Assembly (NCBI RefSeq): GCF_000283555.1
Contig: NC_016012.1
Span: 1,290,001-1,322,000, forward strand
Source: Candidatus Arthromitus sp. SFB-rat-Yit
GTDB lineage: Bacteria > Bacillota > Clostridia > Clostridiales > Clostridiaceae
Length of the DNA: 32,000 nt
Direction: 5' to 3'
Position 1 is the stretch's first letter; each line of letters opens with the position of its first letter. Position numbers and translations under genes: made by a program. Under the pieces are notes generated by a model, which searched no databases, had not been told where the DNA came from, and saw nothing but the letters and a program-made list of their open reading frames with translations. Of this stretch, positions 20,269-28,109 are shown piece after piece.

Positions 20269-21204
20269 ATGCCATTAGTTACAACTAAGGAAATGTTTAA
20301 AAAAGCCTATGAAGGTGGTTATGCAATAGGTGCTTTCAACATAAACAATCTTGAATCTATACAAGGTATCGTTGAAGCATGTAAAAATAAAAATTCAGCT
20401 GTTATACTGCAATGTTCTACTGGAGCAATAAAATACGCTGGTATAGACTACCTTATATCACTTGTTAAAACAGCTGCAGAGGAAAGTGGTTTGGATATTG
20501 CACTTCATTTAGATCATGGTCCTGATTTTGAGACTTGTAAAAAATGTATAGATGCAGGATTTACTTCAGTTATGATAGATGGTTCTCATCATAGTTTCGA
20601 AGAAAATGTAAAACTTACTAAAGAAGTAGTTGAATATGCACACTCTAAAGGTGTATGTGTAGAAGCTGAACTTGGAGTTCTTGCTGGAGTTGAAGACGAT
20701 GTAGTTGCAGATTCTCATATATACACAAATCCAGATGAAGCTGTAGAATTTGTTAAGCAAACAAACTGTGATTCGCTTGCCATAGCTATAGGTACATCTC
20801 ATGGAGCATTTAAATTTCCTAAAGATTTCAAACCATCTCTTAAATTTGAAATTCTCGAAGAAATACAAAATAAATTACCTGGTTTCCCTATAGTATTACA
20901 TGGTGCATCTGCTGTTGATCCAGATAGCGTGCAAACTTGTAATAAATATGGTGGTAAAATAAAAGATGCTGTAGGTATACCTGTGGATATGCTTAGACGT
21001 GCATCATCAATGGCTGTTTGTAAAATAAATATGGATACTGATTTAAGACTTGCTATGACAGCAAATATAAGAAAAGTATTTGCGGATAATCCTTCTGAAT
21101 TTGACCCTAGAAAATATTTAGGCGCCGCAAAAGATGGAGTTAAGAAAGTAGTTCTATCTAAAATCGAAAATGTACTTGGATGTGAAAACTCGAGTTCAAA
21201 ATAG
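20269..21204 (+). CDS. fba: Fructose-bisphosphate aldolase, class II
   Basis: 311 aa; LVTTKEMFKKAYEGGYAIGAFNINNLE, ALHLDHGPDFETCKKCIDAGFTSVMIDGSHH, LAIAIGTSHGAFKF, VLHGASAV. Confidence 0.95.
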   Translation: MPLVTTKEMFKKAYEGGYAIGAFNINNLESIQGIVEACKNKNSAVILQCSTGAIKYAGIDYLISLVKTAAEESGLDIALHLDHGPDFETCKKCIDAGFTSVMIDGSHHSFEENVKLTKEVVEYAHSKGVCVEAELGVLAGVEDDVVADSHIYTNPDEAVEFVKQTNCDSLAIAIGTSHGAFKFPKDFKPSLKFEILEEIQNKLPGFPIVLHGASAVDPDSVQTCNKYGGKIKDAVGIPVDMLRRASSMAVCKINMDTDLRLAMTANIRKVFADNPSEFDPRKYLGAAKDGVKKVVLSKIENVLGCENSSSK

Positions 21205-21255
21205 TTTTAATAAAGAGGCGTAGAATAATATATTCTACGCCTCTTTATTAAAACT
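21203..21255. terminator. Bidirectional Rho-independent terminator between convergent fba and thiT-like gene
   Basis: agttttaataaagaggcgtagaata-ata-tattctacgcctctttattaaaact is a perfect 25-bp inverted repeat with a 3-nt loop. Both genes' stop codons lie inside it. Confidence 0.92.
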
Positions 21256-21831
21256 TTTTATCATTCTAACTAAAGGAATATATGCCATTAATATAGATGT
21301 CAATAATACCTCAACTCCAATACTTGAAAAATTATAACCTAAAGAATATATCCAAATATTTCTCCCTTCTGGAGCAAATTCACTAAAAAATAAAACACCT
21401 GATAAAACATTAAACATAACACATAAAATACCACTAAATAAACATCCTAAAAATATTCTAATCTTATTTTTCCTTCCAAAAATATTTGAAAATCCCAAAC
21501 ACATATTCGATAATAAATAATCCAAAATAAATTGAAGTGGATTAACCATAACTACCCCATCAAGTGTTTTTAAAACCCCAAGTAAAAGTCCAGATGTAAG
21601 TCCAGCACCTCTACCATGTACAAATGTAATTATCATAACAGGAAGCATTGAAAAAAATGTAATAGATCCACCCTGAGGCATTCTTATAAATTTAAACAAA
21701 TTAAGTATATATCCAATAGCAGAGAAAATTCCTATAACAATAATTAATCTTGTATCAAATTTAATCCTTTTTAATTCAAATAAATAAATACCTAAAAATA
21801 CAATTGTCAAAATTAAAATCAAAAAATACAT
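21235..21831 (-). CDS. thiT: Thiamine transporter ThiT-like ECF S component
   Basis: 198 aa polytopic; RMPQGGSITFFSMLPVMIITFVHGRGAGLTSGLLLGVLKTL (ThiT-like signature). Preceded by a TPP riboswitch. Confidence 0.88.
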   Translation of the reverse strand: MYFLILILTIVFLGIYLFELKRIKFDTRLIIVIGIFSAIGYILNLFKFIRMPQGGSITFFSMLPVMIITFVHGRGAGLTSGLLLGVLKTLDGVVMVNPLQFILDYLLSNMCLGFSNIFGRKNKIRIFLGCLFSGILCVMFNVLSGVLFFSEFAPEGRNIWIYSLGYNFSSIGVEVLLTSILMAYIPLVRMIKSFNKEA

Positions 21832-21856
21832 TTAAAGCTCCTCCTTCTCATAACAA

Positions 21857-21891
21857 AAATGGCTATGCTCAAAAACCAAGCATAGCCATTT
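21857..21891 (-). terminator. Hairpin between the TPP aptamer and the thiT-like start (candidate riboswitch expression platform)
   Basis: aaatggctatgct / agcatagccattt is a perfect 13-bp stem with a 9-nt loop, followed on the minus strand by TTGTTATG after the TTT end of the stem. Confidence 0.65.
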
Positions 21892-21910
21892 AAATACATA
21901 ATATTTAATT

Positions 21911-22005
21911 TAAAGCTTTCCTACGCTGGCATTATCCAGTTCAGGTTTAAGGGTTGACGATACAAAATATAATCATCTCTCAGCTTTAAGCACCCCTAGC
22001 AAATA
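21911..22005 (-). promoter_or_regulatory. TPP riboswitch (THI element)
   Basis: Minus-strand sequence GCTAGGGGTGCTTAAAGCTGAGAGATGATT...ACCCTTAAACCTGAACTGGATAATGCCAGCGTAGGAAAGCTTT contains GGGGTGC, GCTGAGA, ACCCTT, ACCTGAACTGGATAATGCCAGCGTAGGAA, the conserved TPP aptamer segments. Confidence 0.95.
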
Positions 22006-22050
22006 TTTAATTTTGATTAACATTATATTTAAAATCAAATCCATTGTCAA

Positions 22051-22338
22051 TTATATCTGTATTTTTGATAATTCCTGATAAGCCTCAACCATTTTATTTC
22101 TAATTTCAATCGCTGTCTGAAGTGTAAGTCTAGCCTCTTGCATAGCTATCATAACATTATGAACTTCATTTTCATCACCCTTTATAAAAGATACAATACT
22201 GTTATCAGCTCTCTTTTGATAATTATCCAAACTATTTATAGAGTTATTTAACATTTCTGAAAATACGTTTTGCTTATTATTACCTACATTTAAAACTTCT
22301 TTATTAAAATTATTAAATACATTAATAGCACTTATCAT
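22051..22338 (-). CDS. fliE: Flagellar hook-basal body complex protein FliE
   Basis: 95 aa; VHNVMIAMQEARLTLQTAIEIRNKMVEAYQELSKIQI is the FliE C-terminal signature. Confidence 0.92.
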   Translation of the reverse strand: MISAINVFNNFNKEVLNVGNNKQNVFSEMLNNSINSLDNYQKRADNSIVSFIKGDENEVHNVMIAMQEARLTLQTAIEIRNKMVEAYQELSKIQI

Positions 22339-22351
22339 ACATATCCCTCCA

Positions 22352-23881
22352 TTATCTCGTATCTTCCATCATCCAAGATTTTATAATCTCAACTACTTGA
22401 CTCGGTTTAGTTATCGCATAATTTTTAATAGCATCCTCAAGCATTTTATTTTCCGGATTTGTATCTTCTATTCCATTTTTCTTAATATTTTCATCAACAC
22501 TTTGTTGTATCATATCTTTAGCTTCTGAAATAGACTGTGGCAAATTATCATTTTTAGATAAAGATGATAACTCTTTATTTTTCTTAAACATCCTTACTAA
22601 AAACAATATAACTATTAATACCACAACTGAAACTATTATAGGAATAATACCTCTTCTCTTTGCTTGAACAGCTTCTTGTTTAAGACCATTAAATTCCATT
22701 CCAACTACAGATATCGAATCTCCTCTTTCAGCATTGAAACCAATAACTCCATTAATTAAACTCTCTATATTTTCTCTCATTTCCTGAGTTATATTTCCAT
22801 CATATACAAAAGATGCTGTAATCCTTTTTATTTCTCCTGGAGCATATATAATAGTAGATTCTTGTTTAGATAATTCATAATTTGTTGTACTTTCTTCCCT
22901 ACTTGATTTATCGGAAGAATTACCTTCTTGAACATTTGACATATTATTATCGATAGGACCTCCCCCACCATTTAAAGAAGTACCATTCTCTTCTTTTATA
23001 AGATGCTCACTTACAGGTACCTTATTATCATCTACAATTATTTCAGTTTTCTTTTTTGAATCAAAATCTAATTCTGCATTAACACGAACTCTAACTTTAT
23101 CATATCCAAGCACTGGCTCAATTATAGATAAGATCCTACTCTCAAGTTCATGCTCAAATTTCCTCTCTAAATTCATTTGATTATCTAAACTACCCGCAAA
23201 ATTAAAATCATCGCTTCCATCATATATTCCAAGAGATAATAAATTCATTCGAGAATCTACTACTTCAACATTTTCGAAAGACAAATTATTCCAAGCTGCA
23301 GATACCAAATGAATTATAGATTTAACTTGATCTCTTGAAAGAGATTCTAAAGGATTTAATTTTAAATAAACAGATGCCTTAGCTGGATCTTTATCAGTCA
23401 TAAATACACTCGTCCTAGATGGTGAAATATGAACTCTAGCATCTTTTACTTGAGAAAAACTCCTTATAGTTCTCTCAAGCTCACCTTGTACAATCCTCTG
23501 TTTTTGTATCAAAAATTCTTCATCTGTATATCCAAATCCACTACTTTTATCTAAAAGTTCAAATCCTTTACTTCCTCCTTTTAACTCCGGAGAAAAAGTG
23601 AGTCTAAGTTCATCTACTTTATTTCTTAAAACATAAATAGACTTACCTCTTATCTTAACCTCTAATCCCATATCTACTAATTGTTCATGTATATACTTGC
23701 TATCAGAAGGATCCAAATCAGAATACAAAAGTCCATACTTAGTAACATTAGAGTACACTAAGAAAAAAGAAAGGAACAAAACTAAAATTATAAATGCACT
23801 AATAATTATCTTCTTCGTTCTCGGAGAAAACTTTTGTATAAAATTTTTAACTTTTTCAAGTATTTCTTTTAATTTTCCCAT
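22352..23881 (-). CDS. fliF: Flagellar MS-ring protein FliF
   Basis: 509 aa; TKYGLLYSDLDPSDSKYIHEQLVDMGLEVKI, SPSRTSVFMTDKDPAKASVYLKLNPLESLSRDQVKSIIHLVSAAWNNLSFENVEVVD; C-terminal FliG-binding-like KPSQVVEIIKSWMMED. Confidence 0.94.
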   Translation of the reverse strand: MGKLKEILEKVKNFIQKFSPRTKKIIISAFIILVLFLSFFLVYSNVTKYGLLYSDLDPSDSKYIHEQLVDMGLEVKIRGKSIYVLRNKVDELRLTFSPELKGGSKGFELLDKSSGFGYTDEEFLIQKQRIVQGELERTIRSFSQVKDARVHISPSRTSVFMTDKDPAKASVYLKLNPLESLSRDQVKSIIHLVSAAWNNLSFENVEVVDSRMNLLSLGIYDGSDDFNFAGSLDNQMNLERKFEHELESRILSIIEPVLGYDKVRVRVNAELDFDSKKKTEIIVDDNKVPVSEHLIKEENGTSLNGGGGPIDNNMSNVQEGNSSDKSSREESTTNYELSKQESTIIYAPGEIKRITASFVYDGNITQEMRENIESLINGVIGFNAERGDSISVVGMEFNGLKQEAVQAKRRGIIPIIVSVVVLIVILFLVRMFKKNKELSSLSKNDNLPQSISEAKDMIQQSVDENIKKNGIEDTNPENKMLEDAIKNYAITKPSQVVEIIKSWMMEDTR

Positions 23882-23972
23882 AGCATACTCCTTTCTCTCT
23901 TATTATTACCAAACAATTTTAAAATAACCCCTTAATTATCTTAAAAATAAAGGATAATATTATATAAATATA

Positions 23973-23999
23973 AAAGTGCTGTAAATTTTACAGCACTTT
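23973..23999 (-). terminator. Terminator hairpin overlapping the feoB stop
   Basis: aaagtgctgtaaa-t-tttacagcacttt is an inverted repeat. The feoB stop (23988-23990) is inside it. Minus-strand exit is TTTATATTTATA. Confidence 0.7.
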
Positions 24000-26105
24000 A
24001 AAAATAATATTCAAAAATACATTTACTAAAAAACATACTCCAAACGCTATACATGTTGGAATTAAGAAAGCTAAAAATGTCCACTTATTACTTTTAGTTT
24101 CCTTTTTTATAGTCCATAAAGCAGTAGAACAAGGAAAATGTAAAAGAGAAAATAACATCATATTTATTGCTGTTATTATAGTCCATCCATTATCTCTTAA
24201 AACCATAGAAAGAGAATTTGATGTTTCAAAGTCTATCAAAGCCCCAGTAGATAAATAATTCATAAGTAGTATTGGCATAACAATTTCATTTGCAGGTATC
24301 CCTAAGAAAAATGCAGATAATATAGCTCCATCAAGCCCTATTAACTTTCCTAATGGATTCAAAAAATTTATTATATGATTTATTATACTTATATCATTTA
24401 TAAAAACATTCGCAAGTATCCATATTATAATCCCAAAAGGTGCTGCAATCATTATAGCTCTACCTAACACAAAAACAGTTCTATCAATTAATGATGTATA
24501 TAATATTGTTCTTATTTTTGGTTTTCTATACGGCGGAAGTTCTAATGTAAATGATGATGTTTCCCCTTTTAATAACGTTTTAGAAAGAATATAGGATACC
24601 AAAAAAGTAACACTAATTCCTATAAGAATAATAATAGTTACAATTAATGCAGTAATTATAGAATTAAAAAATATATTACCCGTATATGAAAAAAATATTG
24701 TAGACAACACTATCATCGTAGGAAACCTTCCGTTACATGGCACAAAATTATTTGTAATTATAGCTATTAATCTCTCTCTCTTAGACTCTATTATTCTAGT
24801 TCCAATTATGCCTGCACAATTACACCCAAATCCCATACACATGGTTAAACATTGTTTCCCATGACACCCTGATTTTTTAAACAAATAATCCATGTTAAAT
24901 GCAACTCTCGGTAAATATCCTAAATCTTCTAAAAAAGTAAACATAGGAAAGAAAATTGCCATAGGAGGAAGCATAACAGATATAACCCACCCAGTTACCC
25001 TGAAAAGACCATAAACAACCATGTCATGTATCCATGTTGAAACTCCTAAATTTATAATAAATGTAGATAATTTACTTTCTAAAAAATTAAACATATTAGA
25101 CAATAAAGAAGAAGGAATATTTGATAAACTAATTGTTATAAAGAGTACTAATCCTAAAAGAAGAAGCATTATAGGTATGCCATATTTCTTTGAAGTAACT
25201 ATATCATCAATTTTTCTATCCCGTACATGCTTATCTCTAGATTCTTTTACACACTTTTCACTTACATCTTTACACGTTTTATATACCCTCTCAATCATCT
25301 TTTCTCTATTTTCTTCTAATTTAAATGTATCAAAACTATTCTTGAAATTTTTTATATATGAAGTTTCATTTTCACTCAAATATTTATACATAAAATCAAA
25401 AAAGCTGGAATCGCTATCTATAAGTCTTAAAGCAATCCATCTTCTATTTATAAAATCTATAGAGTTGTCCATATTTTTTAAAACTTCATGAACCATATTT
25501 TCAATTTCATCATCATATTTTATATTTGAAACTTTAAATGTATATTTTCCAGATATTACCTCATCTATTTTATCTCTCAGTTTATCAAGTCCTATATTTT
25601 CTTTTGTGGATGTTACTACAATTGGAACTCCAAGTATTTTTTCCATTTTATATAAGTCTACATGTATATTCTTCTTCTTCGCTTCATCACAAAGATTTAA
25701 ACATATAATTATCCTATTATTAATTTCAAGCATTTGAAAAAATATATTTAAATTTCTCTCAAGAGAAGTCATATCACAAACTAAAACTAAAACATCATAT
25801 TTCCCAAAACATATAAATTCACGAGCAACTTCTTCCTCTTGAGAATATGAAAGTATCGAATATATGCCTGGAAGATCTATAATCCCATACTCATTTCCAT
25901 TATGATTATATTCTCCATATGCGTTTACAACAGTTTTTCCAGACCAATTTCCCGTATGTTGATGCATACCTGTTAAAGAGTTAAATATACTACTTTTACC
26001 TGTATTAGGATTTCCAACTAGACATACAATCTTTTTTAATTTATCCTCTGCATTGAAAATATCTTTCATAAATTCTCTTTTCGAAGATATATTAGTAAGT
26101 CCCAT
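23988..26105 (-). CDS. feoB: Ferrous iron transporter B
   Basis: 705 aa; G domain (VCLVGNPNTGKSSIFNSLTGMHQHTGNWSGKTV, DLPGIYSILSYSQEE, NLCDEAKK) plus a Gate/permease region (GFGCNCAGIIGTRIIESKRERLIAIITNNFVPCNGRFP). Confidence 0.96.
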   Translation of the reverse strand: MGLTNISSKREFMKDIFNAEDKLKKIVCLVGNPNTGKSSIFNSLTGMHQHTGNWSGKTVVNAYGEYNHNGNEYGIIDLPGIYSILSYSQEEEVAREFICFGKYDVLVLVCDMTSLERNLNIFFQMLEINNRIIICLNLCDEAKKKNIHVDLYKMEKILGVPIVVTSTKENIGLDKLRDKIDEVISGKYTFKVSNIKYDDEIENMVHEVLKNMDNSIDFINRRWIALRLIDSDSSFFDFMYKYLSENETSYIKNFKNSFDTFKLEENREKMIERVYKTCKDVSEKCVKESRDKHVRDRKIDDIVTSKKYGIPIMLLLLGLVLFITISLSNIPSSLLSNMFNFLESKLSTFIINLGVSTWIHDMVVYGLFRVTGWVISVMLPPMAIFFPMFTFLEDLGYLPRVAFNMDYLFKKSGCHGKQCLTMCMGFGCNCAGIIGTRIIESKRERLIAIITNNFVPCNGRFPTMIVLSTIFFSYTGNIFFNSIITALIVTIIILIGISVTFLVSYILSKTLLKGETSSFTLELPPYRKPKIRTILYTSLIDRTVFVLGRAIMIAAPFGIIIWILANVFINDISIINHIINFLNPLGKLIGLDGAILSAFFLGIPANEIVMPILLMNYLSTGALIDFETSNSLSMVLRDNGWTIITAINMMLFSLLHFPCSTALWTIKKETKSNKWTFLAFLIPTCIAFGVCFLVNVFLNIIFKVL

Positions 26106-26113
26106 AAACCCCC

Positions 26114-26341
26114 CTAAACTTTTATTCCATAAATAAATTTCGATTCCTCAGATCTAAGAGCAATCATTATACCTCTAACACCAAATAATATAAGTTCTTT
26201 TTTAAATCCAAACCTTATTACCTCTATTACAGTTCCTTTTGTAAAACCCATAGAAAGTATTCTCTCTTTTTGATATTTTAAAAGATCAATGTGTTTTATT
26301 TCTATGAGATCTCCTACATTAAATTCACAAATACTCTTCAT
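26114..26341 (-). CDS. feoA: FeoA family protein
   Basis: 75 aa SH3-like; LKYQKERILSMGFTKGTVIEVIRFGFKKELILFGVRGIMIALRSEES. Immediately upstream of feoB. Confidence 0.9.
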   Translation of the reverse strand: MKSICEFNVGDLIEIKHIDLLKYQKERILSMGFTKGTVIEVIRFGFKKELILFGVRGIMIALRSEESKFIYGIKV

Positions 26342-26591
26342 ATATTAGTGCTCCTCATAAATTAAATTTTAACTATAGCTAATCTTTCTAAAATTATATG
26401 TGTTTTTTAAAAAAATAGTTCTAACTACATATAAATATGCACCATGATATTTCTAGACAATATTTAAAAATTTATCGTTAAAAATCATTATAATTCTTAG
26501 TCAAATATTAAAATTTAACTATTTTTTTCGATAATTAATGTGTGTATTTAAATTTTGAAATTAAAAATCTTATATGTTTTTGGAGGTAGCT

Positions 26592-28034
26592 ATGAAAAAA
26601 AATTTAAGATTATTATGCAAAATAATAATGACATCTTTTATATGCAATTTTGCAATTAGTAATGCAAACATAAATATTGCAAAAGCTACTCGAACATCTA
26701 GGCCAGTTGTTATAAATAATTCATCACAGGAAACAACAGACAATACAAATGAAACAAATAATAATAATTCATCCTCAAATAGTAATTCATCTTCAAATTC
26801 TACTTCATCGGATTCAAACTCATCTTCAAATACTAATTCTTCATCTACCAATAGCTCAAACGAAAGTTCTGATTCTTCAGATGGCTATACTATAATAGAA
26901 CTTCTAAATTCTAATAAAAATCTAACTATAGATGATATAGAAAAGCTTGCTTTATCAGCATCACATTCATTAGATTTTATAGACGAGTTTAACCAAACAT
27001 TTCCAGAGTTTAATCCACTCAGGCAAATTACTCCAATAGATAATAACTTAAATAACTATTTGGATGTAAATAACAAAGAAATTTCAACAATAAAAGTAAC
27101 AAATACATCTCCTATTCCAATTTCTATTTATTCAGATCAAAATAACTGCAATATGCTATTAGGTGAAATTTCAACATTGCTTGGAGATTTAAAAAATGAC
27201 ATAGAAGAAGAACTCCCTTCAACTATTTTCTCATTAATGCCAACTATGTCAGTATTCAATGATACATTTAAAATTTTATGTGAAGAATACTCAAACGTCT
27301 TACAAAGTGACTATAAAAATCATATAACTTTAAACATTCTTCTTGAAAATTTAGAAACAAAGTTATCTTCACTTCTTAAATCTATTCAAGAATTTCAAAT
27401 TCAACTTCCAGATTTAATATCCACTCTAAATAAGATTGCTGAAGATATAGAAAATAGCAAAAACAATAACACAAACACAGATGAAGAAATTCCATCAGAA
27501 AATACAAACGAAGAAACTGATAACACAAACTCTGAAACTAATACGGATGAAACTACTAAACCGGATGGAGAAATAATTCAAGATAGTAATCAATCATCAA
27601 ACTCAAGTGATAAGAACGTATCAAACAATAACACAAACTCAAATAATAATAATACTAATACTAATACAGGCTCAGGAAATTCATCAGAAGATGTAACTGA
27701 TAATACAAATGCACAAGAGATGGTATACTTAGGTGAATATGGTCAACAACTTATTTATGACGAAGAAAGTAATAAATACTATGAGATCAATCCTGAAAAT
27801 CCTGAATCAGAAGAGTTTATAGAATATACTGGAGAAGTTACAGAAATGACACTTGAAGATTATTTAAGCACTGAAATGTATTTTGATAATGAAGGTAATG
27901 AATTATTTTATGATGAAGAAACAGATGAATTCTTAATATATGATGAAGAAACAGATGAATTTTTCATATACGAAGGAGAAGTAACAACTATGACTCTTGG
28001 AGATTATCTAGATCTTCTAGAAAATCAAGAATAG
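26592..28034 (+). CDS. Predicted secreted N/S/T-rich protein with duplicated acidic C-terminal repeats
   Basis: TTGGAGGTAGCT Shine-Dalgarno precedes the ATG at 26592 (the ORF-tool start at 26574 is upstream of this). Signal-peptide-like MKKNLRLLCKIIMTSFICNFAISNANINIAKA, N/S/T linkers, a helical middle and two C-terminal repeats. Family not recognised. Confidence 0.75.
   Translation: MKKNLRLLCKIIMTSFICNFAISNANINIAKATRTSRPVVINNSSQETTDNTNETNNNNSSSNSNSSSNSTSSDSNSSSNTNSSSTNSSNESSDSSDGYTIIELLNSNKNLTIDDIEKLALSASHSLDFIDEFNQTFPEFNPLRQITPIDNNLNNYLDVNNKEISTIKVTNTSPIPISIYSDQNNCNMLLGEISTLLGDLKNDIEEELPSTIFSLMPTMSVFNDTFKILCEEYSNVLQSDYKNHITLNILLENLETKLSSLLKSIQEFQIQLPDLISTLNKIAEDIENSKNNNTNTDEEIPSENTNEETDNTNSETNTDETTKPDGEIIQDSNQSSNSSDKNVSNNNTNSNNNNTNTNTGSGNSSEDVTDNTNAQEMVYLGEYGQQLIYDEESNKYYEINPENPESEEFIEYTGEVTEMTLEDYLSTEMYFDNEGNELFYDEETDEFLIYDEETDEFFIYEGEVTTMTLGDYLDLLENQE
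27741..28010 (+). repeat. Two tandem protein repeats in the secreted protein
   Basis: 27741-27866 GQQLIYDEESNKYYEINPENPESEEFIEYTGEVTEMTLEDYL and 27894-28010 GNELFYDEETDEFLIYDEETDEFFIYEGEVTTMTLGDYL. Confidence 0.85.
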
Positions 28035-28055
28035 ATTGAACTTTTTGTTCAATCT
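28033..28055 (+). terminator. Terminator of the 26592..28034 gene
   Basis: agattgaac-ttttt-gttcaatct is a 9-bp stem followed by ATTTTCTTT. The TAG stop at 28032-28034 overlaps the stem. Confidence 0.75.
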
Positions 28056-28071
28056 ATTTTCTTTATAATAA

Positions 28072-28109
28072 AATTAAAAGGTAGAGCAAAATTGCTCTAC
28101 CTTTTAATT
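28072..28109. terminator. Terminator hairpin overlapping the stop of the 28104..29330 gene
   Basis: aattaaaaggtagagcaa-aa-ttgctctaccttttaatt is a perfect 18-bp inverted repeat. The stop (28104-28106) is inside it. Confidence 0.85.

Noticed and set aside
25021-25491. 156-aa plus-strand ORF
   Set aside because: Fully antisense within feoB, with no domain or initiation signal; a chance ORF in AT-rich DNA.
26342-26591. Possible riboswitch or structured leader upstream of the secreted protein gene
   Set aside because: The AT-rich intergenic region shows no recognisable aptamer consensus or strong stem-loop; only the GGAGG site is supportable.
26570-26851. 93-aa minus-strand ORF rich in E/D/F/L (VDEELVFEDEFESDEVEFEDELLFEDELLL)
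   Set aside because: It is the complement of the Ser/Asn/Thr-rich linker of the plus-strand secreted protein; the apparent repeats are mirror artefacts.
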